A stretch of 41,037 bases of DNA from Macrostomum lignano (lineage: Eukaryota): positions 1 to 41,037 of the forward strand of contig NIVC01004596.1 in NCBI GenBank assembly GCA_002269645.1, read 5' to 3'. Positions 20,632-31,908 of this stretch are shown here, piece by piece. The notes beneath the pieces were generated by a model. That model was not told the origin of the DNA. It worked only from the letters and a program-made list of their open reading frames with translations, and searched no databases. The translations under genes and the position numbers were made by a program. Position 1 is the first letter of the stretch. Each line of letters opens with the position of its first letter.

Positions 20632-23600
20632 ATGAAAGCCAGCAGTTCAACAGGGACGAAACAAAAGGAGATTAACTCCGTCATAGACGACATCGGATTT
20701 GGTCGCTTTCAGGTCAGTTTTCTGTCGCATTTACTACACTTATTTAAACAAATACGTTTAGAAGCGCCCTTGTTTGAGATGGTCTGGCAGCGCGACCAAT
20801 ATTGATAAACGGCAAGGTAAAACAAGCGATATAGTTTGTCAAGTTTGTTGCAAATCGAAAAGATGATGTCGTCAAGGTATTTTTTGCATCTTCGTTTCAA
20901 GGTGAAAATGATTCAACATCAAATGCTAAGAAATGTCCCTATTATCGAGTGTTTACAAGTTGAGTGTGAGGAGGAACTGTTTACTGCCACCTGACTTTTC
21001 TAAATATGATATTTCCATACTGTATCTGAGCTACTTAAACTTCAGAAAATGTAGTGCATCACTATTATTAACAGTCCTTGTTAATGTTACTTTGTAGATA
21101 TTAGCAGTAGGCACGTTAGATAGTTCAATATAAAAAGAAAAAATAAGTCTTAATAAGCCCTTAACTTGTACAGACAATTTTTTTTTAACTTGACAAGTGC
21201 TGTTCCTGAGGTCAGTTCAGAATTTGCTCATCCCATTTGAGGTCAAAAATTTGTACTATAATACACAGAAGTGTGAGCTAAAAATACAAGTACGAAGTTG
21301 AACCCTGTTCTCGATAAATAAGAAAATACTTGGCTATAAATACTTGTAATGGTGCTTGAGAAAAAAGTATTTTAGAGATAAACTAACTTTAAATTTGCAG
21401 GTAATCGCAATCATTCTGTGCGGCCTGGTGCAAGCCAGCGACAAGATGCAGGTTCAGTACGTCAGCATGCTGGGCCAGAAGCTGCAGTGCGTCTGGCACA
21501 TCGGCGATTTCTGGAAATCCTGCGTCGCATCGGCAACATTCCTGGGCATGTTTCTTGGCGCCTACATTTGGGGTCCGCTCGGCGACAGACATTGCCGACG
21601 CTCCGTCGACGCTGTCTGCATGGGCTACGTTTTCGTGTTCGGAAGCCTTACGTCACTGGCCCCAAACGTTTTATGGGTGGTACTGCTTCGGTTCCTGGTT
21701 GGTACTGCTATTGGCGGCACTCTTCCACTGACTGCAGCAGTGCTCAGCGAGTTCATGACGACAAATTGTAGAGGCACAGCTTGGTTTATGTTTAAGGTGA
21801 CTCAGAATTTGCTCAGCTTAAAAAAATTCGAAGCAATTCCGCTGTAATCTGTTTGCGTAATCCTTGGCAGGCATTCTGGTGCGTAGGTGGCTTTGTTGAA
21901 ATTGGGTTGGCATGGCTTCTGTTGGAGATGACTCACAGCTGGAGATACCTGGCAACAATTTCGGCAGTACCTGTACTCTTTCTGAGCCTGTTCTGGATGA
22001 TATGGCTGCCCGTGTCTCCGAGGCAGAGTCTGCTACAGGTGAAAAATGTAGCTTTTGTAGTTAAAAGTCTCTATTGCCGGCAATTCAAATATTGAAAGGA
22101 AACATAAATGCCGTATTAGTATCAACAGTGTATTTTACAGAAAAAGCGTCTGTACAGGGAATCTTTATACTGTAAAATGTTCTCAAATCTCGACAGGGTC
22201 GCATTGAAGACACTCGTCGAGCGCTGAACAAAATGGCCGACACGAATTCCCAGCCTCGTTACCATGGCGACTTCTCTGCCGCAGATCTGCAAACGAACGG
22301 AAGCGGTGGCAGCATCGCCGATCTACTCCGACCAGCCACCTTTCTGCGGCTGAGTCTGCAGCTGGCCGTGATCGCATTTGCTGTGGGTTTCGGCTACTAT
22401 GGTCTCATTCTGCTGAACGTCGAGCTTCCGCTTCTTCTTCAGGAGCGCTGCCAGGGAGCGAGCAACCAAACCGCAGCATTTCGATCAGCAGAACCCGCAG
22501 TCAGTTGCTATGGATGCAAATCTATCAACTACATTGAACTTCTGGTATGTTTAGCCATCTCGTATTTCCATTTGCTTGGTTGCATGCGATATCTATTGAG
22601 CTGCCTCTATCAGAATTTTATTTTGAATCACATCGATTACAGCTACAAGTTTGTTGGAATTTAAGAGAGACAAACCATCAAGCCATTGTATTGAAAAACA
22701 TTAGGCACTTGATGTTGCCAGTCTTAGCTGTAGCCAAGGGTTGTAGCCTAGTGGTTCGAGCGTCGGACTCACGACGGAAAGGTCGGGGGTTCGATTCTCG
22801 ACCCACTCGGAACAATTTGCGTCCTTGAGCAAGACACTTAACTCTGCAATGCTTCAGTTCACCCAGCTGTAAAATGGGTGCCAGCATTAGCTGGGGTAAT
22901 TGAGGGTGTGTAGCGACCCCCCCCCCAGTCCTTGGACTGAACAGCCGTACGCAGCCTTCAGGTGCGCCACGCAATAGCTGCGGCTGAGCTGTCGGTTGCA
23001 CAACTGCCAACTACAGGCAGGTGTAAACAAATATTATTTTTATTATTATAAGTCTTTTAGTATAACTTCAAAAAATAGCTTTCAACGCTCCATCCACAGA
23101 TCCCGACTCTGGCAGATCTTGCTACAGCTCTCTTTAACGCTTTGGTTGTCGAACGCTTCCTCGGACGTCGCTGGACCATGTCGATTTCCTTCGGTGTCTC
23201 TTCCATCCTTGTTCCTCTGCTGGGCTTCTGCATGCACAGCGCTGCTAGAATCGCTTTGTTCTTCATCATTCGCTTCTTTATATGTACTTGCGCTACTGTA
23301 ATCTGGTTGTACGTTTTAGAGGCCTATCCGACTTCGCTCCGATCAACTGCTCTGGCCTTTCTCTCGTCGTTCAGTCGAATAGCATCTATTATAATGCCAT
23401 TTGTGGCTCAGATGTTTCTCGTTCGCGTGTCGCTTTTTGGCGGGCTGTTCATCTTCTCGGGCGTTCTGGCGCTGGCAGCTGTCAGTGCCGCTCTGCTGCC
23501 TTTCGAGACAAAAAATAGACCGCTGGAGCAGACGGCTGCTCGTGATAAGGTAAATGAAAATCACTTCTGTTATGTCTAAAACAGAATACGCTGTAATGGC

Positions 23601-23727
23601 CATTGCTTTTTCACAGGTTGCTGTGGACTACTCCGATGAAAAAAAGCCGGTAAAGACAAAGGCTCTCGAGACAACATCCTTCCACCCGGACTATGGAACT
23701 GTGGAAACGTCCATGAAGATTGATTGA
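20632..23727 (+). CDS. SVOP/SV2-related MFS transporter, paralog 4 (complete, 517 aa)
   Basis: Exons 20632-20712, 21401-21796, 21871-22038, 22197-22544, 23100-23549 and 23617-23727 total 1554 nt, all GT-AG, in frame to TGA. Same motifs and intron phases as paralog 2. Confidence 0.93.
22739..23050 (+). mobile_element. tRNA-derived SINE, family C, in intron 4 of paralog 4
   Basis: Head GGTTGTAGCCTAGTGG...GGTTCGATTCTCG, body closely matching the reverse complement of 4802-5120, (TAT)n tail. Confidence 0.88.
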
Positions 23728-25834
23728 TCGCTTCGATATCTCTTAAATGACATCAGCTAGCGCCAGAACTATTTTTTAACTGTATTTCTGTAGCTATAAA
23801 CATTGCGTATTTGAAAGTTTTTTTTGCATTTTTAAGAATAACGTGAATTAGCGTGAATTCTCCATTGCTCGCAAAATTTTAACATTTTTTAGTTTCGAAG
23901 TTTTTTGTTAGTTTGTTGCATTAGACAAGTTAATATTCATTTCCAAGCTTAATAGATACGAGCGTACAACAGGGAAGTGTGTTATTAATGAAATCGTTGT
24001 CTTGGCAGTCTCTGACCTTCTGGTTCTATTTCGTTAGCTTACGTAGTTGATGCACGAATTAACTTCCGGTCTCAATCTCTGTTTGCTGATTCACCATTGT
24101 TATTTGAAGACTAATCTTATTTTAGAAATGAAATACCGGTACAAACTCGAAATTTAATTGATTTATCGAACGGTAATAATAGTTGAAGAACTTTTTATAT
24201 ATTCATATAAATGTTTTTCTGCGGTTTACTTATAAAGCGCCTTTTGTGCAGAACTTAATAACTTTTTAGACGCCTAACAAGTTGTGTGCAGTTTAAATTA
24301 TAAGATTTTCTGCGTTTAAATGCTCTGATTTTCTTGAAGTGATTCCACGTATTGCTTGCTCCCTTATACCTTTAGGGTGTTTGCATAATGCATTGTTTTT
24401 TTTTGTTTTTTTGTCTTTCTCGAAACTAGCGTAAGCACTATGGTCAGTTCAATCAAAAGTTAGAACCATAAAATGCAGCCCCGAGGTACTCTTGATTCCA
24501 AGTAAATGAATCCATGATGGTGTGATATTTTTTTTATATCGTATAAGACATTTTTCGCCTTTCCTTTCTTTCTTGCGATTTAATTTAACATTATTATGGA
24601 ACTTGGCAGTAGTCAACATCGAATATTGAGGGCGCGCTTATTGCACTGCTCTCCGCTACTGGGCCTTATTAGTACTTGCGAACTTGGCGAGGGTGTCAGA
24701 ATCGACCCTGGATGGCGCCCGAAAAATTTTATATTGACTAATAGCAAAGTTCTATGATAACTTGATTGTCATTGTGTCTAGTTTCGTTTGGGCCACAAAC
24801 GATTGCGTCGACGGAAATTGTGAACTAAGTAAATTTTTGCGCGCCTTTCAGGCATCGAAACAGGAATACAACAGATTGCTTATCTGCGAATAGTCTATGG
24901 TCAAGCTGCCCCCCATCTTTGGATATTCCCAACGGGTTATATTTGGATATACCCATTTGCAGATAAGCAATCTGTATATTCCTGTATCAATGCATTTGCG
25001 AGGATATTTTTTATTCAATACAACAAAGCTGAATAAACAGATTGTATACATGTACGAAAACGGCCGTAACGTGGGTATAATGAAACGTGGACCAATTGTT
25101 CCGCAATAATCGAGGAGTAGAGCTAGAATCGACAATAACTACACTCACATCGGCCGAATTGCATGGTTTGTTCCGCATGGGATCCTCGGGGCAAGCCTCT
25201 TCTTCGCTTGGCAGTGGTGGCAGAGCATCATGGTTACCGCATTCAATGAATCGGATCAACTCCATCAACTCTTCGTCATCCGCCTCGTCACGTCCACCCA
25301 TACTCAAGTCGCTGAGAAAGTTGACCTCATTTCCATTCAAGCCGTCAATGCTTTCAATCGGCAAATTCGACCAATTTATCATTCGTATGAGTGGCATGAA
25401 TAGAGGTTAGGGCAAACGGAGGAAACAGGAACATGTATCCTCTGCTGCAGAGTTCCAGCTTATAAGACCACAACTTCATTTAACATGTTTCGTCTATGGT
25501 AATTTCAGACTGTTCCGCTTAACTTTTCGTTCCAGACGTTTAGTCTATGGCCATCATTTGGCTTACGCCAAGTGGAAAATGCCTATGACACAAATCCCTA
25601 GAATCACTCAGTGAACAATTCCCGTCTGGGAAGTTGTGTCCTAGCCGTTTTGAATTGGTTTTTGGACGAAAATAGACACAATTCCACTATCGAGAGTTCA
25701 CACCTCACACACAACTGCCTTACCGGCCTACCGGCCTCGACGCTATGGCAGTTGTGTGTGAATCGTGACCTCTTGATAATCATACATTGTTCAAAATGTC
25801 TATGGTAATTTACTTCAAGGCAATGGTAGATTGT

Positions 25835-25926
25835 ATAGTATGCAACTGAGTTGAATAATGGCCAAAACTCGAGTGAGCGTAGCGCACGAGTGTCTATGGC
25901 CATTATTCAACGAAGTTGCACACTAT
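25835..25926. repeat. Short hairpin element sharing its core with the Crypton-flanking palindrome
   Basis: Arms ATAGTATGCAACTGAGTTGAATAATGGCCA and TGGCCATTATTCAACGAAGTTGCACACTAT, with core CGAGTGAGCGTAGCGCACGAGTG (25870-25892). Confidence 0.75.
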
Positions 25927-26717
25927 GCAAGTGCATTGTATTTATACTTTCACTCAGCGCTCAGTCATTGTAATTATACTTTTAAATCTTCGTCTTTTCC
26001 TCACTTTTTTCTCTAACCTTTATGTACATAACACTGGCCTGTTCACACGCGCTCCTTCGAATAAACTTTTTCTTGACCACATCATGGAGCTGAGATCCGT
26101 AGCTTTCATTTGAATCAAGTTACAATTGAAACGGACTGAAATTATGTCCGCTAGAAGACATCGTAGCGAGGGTTCCGGAATTTTTTACGTTCCGGTTCCG
26201 GATACTCGCCCGATGAACAGCGACTCTTTAAAACTCCGTCATCTTGACCATAGAAATATCATTCTCTATGATTTCGTGTGTTCTGCCATTGTCTGGAACT
26301 GAACTAACTGATTTTTTTCTAACCCTTGGCTTTACCATTAGACGTGGCAGATATTAAGATGTGGGGGCTTCGCCCCCACACCCCCATTTCCGTCCCCCAC
26401 CCACTTTGATTTCTAACCCCTAGCTGATAATTTGGACAATGATGTCGTCTGAAATCTCAATTCCAGACAACCACCTATTAACTTGATCAATGCAAGAAAA
26501 TTCCGGGTGAAAATGTAGAACTTTGTGGTCTCTATGTTAGGGATAGGCTGGGTGTTGGAGCTGAGCAGAATTCTCGCTTTCCTCTCTTCTCTTCTCTTCT
26601 TTCTTCTCGGTTTTCTATCATAGACAACCGAATTTGGCTCTAGGATATTACCAAAGAATATCGATTATACGTACATAGAATTTCAATATAGGGGTCTAAA
26701 GTGAAGCCAGTTTTTGT

Positions 26718-26908
26718 CAAGGAGTTCTAAAATTAGCAATCTGGAGTGGAAACGAGTTATACATCATGAGGCCACGCAAATTTTTAAGATAAGGAGCCAG
26801 CACTGAATGTCTATGGCTCTGTCTGACTCTGTCTATGCTAGTCTGGCCTCATGAGGTAAAAGTGAAAAACTCGATTCCACTCCAGGTTGCTAATTATAGA
26901 AATCCTTG
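26718..26908. mobile_element. Hairpin MITE-like element
   Basis: Inverted arms CAAGGAGTTCTAAAATTAGCAATCTGGAGTGGAAACGAG...CATGAGGCCA (26718-26774) and 26844-26908. Confidence 0.7.
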
Positions 26909-27124
26909 CTGCCGGTACTCTACTTTTTGGCCATAGACATCGAGTTTGAGCGGGTGCAATTAAAATGCTTGCTCGTTTGCTTTTGAGACTAATAACGCTT
27001 GAGAGCAGCTGAAGCTACAGTCTATGGTCGTAACCCCAGGGTTTCCGCGCTGCGAAAACATGCGCTGCGCTGCGTGTCTTACAAAATAGTTAGAAATTGA
27101 TGTTTCATCCCAGTTGAACATAGA

Positions 27125-27616
27125 TCTTTAAAAAACCATAAATTGGGTTTGGACTGGAATGTCAAGTTTAATCCTAGTAAATGTGAGCAAATAATCGTTA
27201 GTAGCAATAGAGATCCCTCTGATTGTCCACCTGTATCTTTTGCATTTTCAGACCTCATTATTTCGATTAAATTTAAATTACTTGGTGTCATAATTGAAAA
27301 GGGACTTGCACTGTCTGAGCACCTTATAACCCAAAGTAGAAAAACAGCTTCTATGCTCGACTATCTTGCTAGAGCAAAACACCTTATTCCTTCAGCTACT
27401 GATTATCATATATGAATATAAATTAGTCCACTACTGAAGTATTGTTCCGTTGTATGGGGATCTGCCATTGGGTCCCATCTTATTTAATCGAGCAGAAGGC
27501 TGCCAGGATAATTTGTGACCATATAACCATATAGCCTTAGGACTCGCAGAATTGTTGGTGGGCTTGCTTTGCGGAATCTGCGGGGTCAAGCCTCCAGTGA
27601 GCTTCAGCAGCTCCTT
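27125..27616 (+). mobile_element. Non-LTR retrotransposon (CR1/L2-like) RT C-terminal remnant
   Basis: WNVKFNPSKC, LLGVII..L..SEH, KYCSVVWG, IEQKAARII and RRIVGGLAL are typical post-RT LINE motifs. Degenerate. Confidence 0.75.
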
Positions 27617-28531
27617 TGGGGTCCGCTGGGAGACAAATTCTGTCGTCGCTCGGTCGGCAGCGTCTGCATGGGCTTCGTAGTTTTCTACGGTTGCCTGTCG
27701 GCTCTGGCTCCCAACGTGATCTGGGTATAGTCACGCTTCGATTCCTGGTCGGCGTTGGCGTTGGAGGCCTGCAGGCGTTGATAGCCGCTGGGCGAGTTCT
27801 TGACCACGGATAGTCGACGTGCAGCGTGGTTTGTGTACGTGGTTTATGTAAGTGCGAGAGAGCTAATGTGGCGTCACCCCACCGACTTACTGCACCATTT
27901 CAGCTGATTCAATATTTCATTCAGTAGACTCTCCAGTTAACGAATCTTGTAGTAGGCAGTCATGAAAACAGAAGCAACTGCTCACTTCCTCAACATCCAG
28001 CGTGAGAAATTTTCCCGTTTTTGGGCGCTAGTGCACAGGCAATCCTTGTGACAATTCTCAGGCACTCTGGTGCGTCGGCGGCTTCTTAGAAATCGGTCTG
28101 GCCTGGCTACTACTGGAATCGACTCCTCACGGCGATCCTCACGGGGTCGCCGGCTCATCATGGCGATCGCCCTCGGTGTTGCCTCAGTCCTGGTGCCCGT
28201 TCTGGGCTTCTGCGTGCACAGCGCCGTCAGAATAATTTTGTTCTTCATCACTCGCTTTTTCGTGGCTAGCGGATACAGTGTGATCTGGCTGTACGTTCTG
28301 GAGGCCTATCCGACTTCGCTCCGATCGACTGCCGTCGCATTTCTGTCCGCCTTCAGTCGAATCGCGTCGATTGTGATGCCGTTCGTGGCGCAGTGGTTCG
28401 TCGTTCGCGTGTCACTTGTGGGCGGGCTGTTCATCTTCTCGGGCGTTCTGGCGCTGGGCGCCGTCAGTGCCGCTCTGCTGCCCATTGAGACCAAGGACAG
28501 ACCGTTGGAGCAGACTGTGCTGCGTATAGAG
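27614..28531 (+). pseudogene. SVOP-like MFS paralog 5 (fragmented pseudogene)
   Basis: 3' half of exon 2 (LWGPLGDKFCRRS...AAWFVY, about 27614-27840, with frameshifts and a TAG). The start of exon 3 (ALWCVGGFLEIGLAWLLLE, from 28062) is fused out of frame to the 3' part of exon 5 (GRRLIMA...LPIETKDRPLEQ, 28145-28531, GT donor retained). Exons 1, 4 and 6 were not found. Confidence 0.88.
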
Positions 28532-28535
28532 GTAG

Positions 28536-29114
<579 letters not shown>

Positions 29115-29517
29115 TTTTCTAGTTACTAGAAAAGTACTAGTTTTTCTACTTTACTAGTTTTTCGAATTACATCGGTTAAACGTGCAACTCTGCAAAAGTA
29201 AAATGTTCTTGTCACTAGTATTCTGTGAACTTAAATGTTCTCTGTGACCAAATCTTGGTTCTGGGTACTGGTTGAAGCAAAAATGCTCGATTGCTTGACT
29301 CCTTGTTTTCGGCATCTCAAAAACTGGTAATTTTCCCGATCATGCACCTTGGTTAGGGCGTCGCTGCATTTTACGACGACTGCGAGATTTCTTCAAATTC
29401 CCCAATTCTTACATTACCCGCTCTATAAATTCTCAACTCTTTCCCTCTGTATGAAGTCAGACAAAAGTTAAAAAAAATACGGTGCAATCCATTAGTGTCG
29501 AGAGCCCGAGGCTCGTA

Positions 29518-30771
29518 TAGGGGTGTTCGGGATGGCATTTTTTTCGGGGTTTCGGGGTTAACCCCGATCCCGAACATCTTTCGGGAATCCCGAATCCCGT
29601 CCCGAACCCTAATCCCGACCCCGAACCCCGATAACCCCGAAGTAAGCAATAGCATGAAATAAAAAGTGGTATTGACGGCTACTTACGACTATTAGCCTGT
29701 TTCAGTTCAACTTAAAGTTAATGTGAAATTAATTTTAGGCAGGTTGCATTTCTTTTGATGTGTTTGATGTGTGAAACATCATGTGCCTCTTTCTCTGCAG
29801 AGATGGAAGCATCTTATCAATCAAGAATCAATCTCTCTTTTTCTTAATCTCGTTTACTTAGTCTTTGGTGGCATTGCCATTGATGCACGTTGACGCTAGT
29901 AAACACTAAAATAGTCTGAATTCTCATGTCATCTAATCTAAATGATCAGACTACCAAGTGATGATAGAATAGAACGCGAGTCGCTTTACAGTCTCTGGCT
30001 CAACGAATATGGCATACAGCTAATCGAATTTGTCTCGCAAGAACATTAACTTGCTGAGCGATGAGCTGGAAAGGATGCAGCGTTCCTTGCGCTTTAGAAA
30101 ACCGGCAGCACTGAAGGCGCACTCTGATGGGACAGATGATGCTGGGGCAGTGAGGTGAAGCTTGGCGAGCTCTGCCAGCTCTGGAAGATTAGCGGAGTTC
30201 TGTTTCCAGAATTCGCTGACTGCTACCTGAAAATTCTGCTGCGCCAGACTCCTGTACAGAGAAAGCTGATCAGCTGCTCTGCGCCTCGCTTCCTTCTTCC
30301 TCGCGTCTCCTCTCGCGCCGGAGTTCGATGCAGTCGCAGTCGCATTGCACTCCTGAGTGGTAATTCCAGATAATCTGCAGAACTGCAAAACTTGCATCCA
30401 GAGCTCTCTTCAGTACCCGAAATGACATTATCGTGCATCTCCTCGGTAGCGGCCATTGTATTTGCGCTGCTGGCAGCAGCAGCGGCATCTTGCCCAGAAA
30501 GCTCCTGCTCAAGGCTCCAGATGACCTCACGTTAAAAACGAAAAAAGCTAACTCTAATTCATAAGGATTTTTCGTAGTTCTACGGGAATTCAGAAAATTT
30601 GCGAAACCCCGAAAACCCCGAAATCCCATTCCAAAATCCCGTCCCAAACCCCGATCCCGAACATTTATCGGGAACTCCGAACCCCATCCCGAACATTCAT
30701 CGGGACCCCGAACCCCGACCCCTAATCCCGACCCCGAACCCCGACCTAACCCCGAACCTCGAACACCCCTA
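29518..30771 (-). mobile_element. Internally deleted hAT transposon
   Basis: 12-bp TIRs TAGGGGTGTTCG, 8-bp TSD GGCTCGTA (29510-29517, 30772-30779) and subterminal CCCGA arrays. Minus ORF 30020-30397 encodes the hAT dimerisation domain (FWKQNSANLPELAELAKLHLTAPASSVPSECAFSAAG...LSKLMFL). Confidence 0.95.
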
Positions 30772-31327
30772 GGCTCGTATAAGTGTCAAAGGGAATAATA
30801 AACAGATAAACAAATAAACAAATAAACACACTGAGGATTTGGAAGCAATTTGCAAAAAACCTACTCTGATTCGGTTAAAATACTCGCATATCGGAGAGAT
30901 TTTATTGCCATTCATTCGCCCAAAATGTTGAGCAATGTGGAAAGGACTTTGTTCTAAAGGTTGTCACACGTCAAACAATCAAAATAGGCTCGCTTTTTGC
31001 GTAGGTACCCAGCTTTCTCTATAGGTTCGTAGCGATTGACCGCACCTTTTGACCCATGAAAATTACCCTACATTTGTACACAGTTAGATCAGTTCACTTA
31101 CAAAGTCAACTTCAGATGCAGTTACTCCGTTCAGACTTTCTACAGAAAGATTTTTCCAGTTGATCTGCACGATATATACTTAAGTTTGAGCAGTGCTCGA
31201 TGGGGCACTTTCGATCGAACACAATGATAGATTGTCAGAGGTTTTTCGGCTGATGTCTACTTTAGCGTGTTGACGCTCGCATTGTCATATTCGATCATTA
31301 AGCCACACCCTTGTTTCTCTCAATGAA

Positions 31328-31908
31328 TACTCAAGTAGAAGGACGGGAAACTCGATCGTTTCTTCGAAAATTTTGGGAGGCAGGTTTTTTGGAAAGAAAT
31401 ACACTACGAAGACAGAAGTTTCCATTTTTTCAGTTCTATGTAACATTGAGAACTTTCTCATTCTACGTACATTCCCTGTACCAAAAAATCATAAAAATGC
31501 ATGCCACAGCTCGTCTCATTGGTTTCATGAATCTATTTTATCATCCCTGTTACGCATATTAGTTACAAAGTCAGCTAAGAAGGATAAAATAGATTCATAA
31601 AACCAATGAGCCGAGCCGTGTCATTTTAATGGTTTTTAGTAACAGTAAATGTGCAATTGTACGTAGAATAAAAGTTTAACATAGAATCCTAATTTTCTGA
31701 ACGAAAAGCTTTATGAATATCGATAGAGCGATAAGAAAGGCACAGCATATCAAAAGATGAACACTGGGTCGGCTTCCCATCGGGAAGCAATAATTCAATT
31801 TTTGTGCTAAAAAAATGAAAACTTCCTATCTCCGTAGTGTATTTTTCGATGAAACCTGCCTCCTAAAATCTTCCAAGAAACGAGGTTTCCCGTTCTTCGA
31901 CTTGAGTA
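31328..31908. mobile_element. Foldback element of about 580 bp with long diverged inverted arms
   Basis: TACTCAAGTAGAAGGACGGGAAA...GGAGGCAGG...AATACACTACG mirrors 31805-31908. Inner arms 31505-31542 and 31583-31620 are nearly perfect. Confidence 0.75.

Noticed and set aside
22739-22810. tRNA-like A/B-box sequences here and at about 3650-3711, 3960-4025, 5050-5120 and 35770-35832 as tRNA genes
   Set aside because: No convincing cloverleaf; each continues into a SINE body and tail, several with TSDs.
15250-23603. Antisense and alternate-frame ORFs over the MFS exons (e.g. 15250-15534, 16323-16788, 19380-19751, 21389-21771, 23057-23603)
   Set aside because: Shadow ORFs of GC-rich coding exons with no independent motifs.
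27551-27613. Apparent LCGI...QASSELQ resembling the start of MFS exon 2
   Set aside because: Needs a frameshift and lacks an AG acceptor; the same bases read better as LINE C-terminal RRIVGGLAL...ELQQLL.
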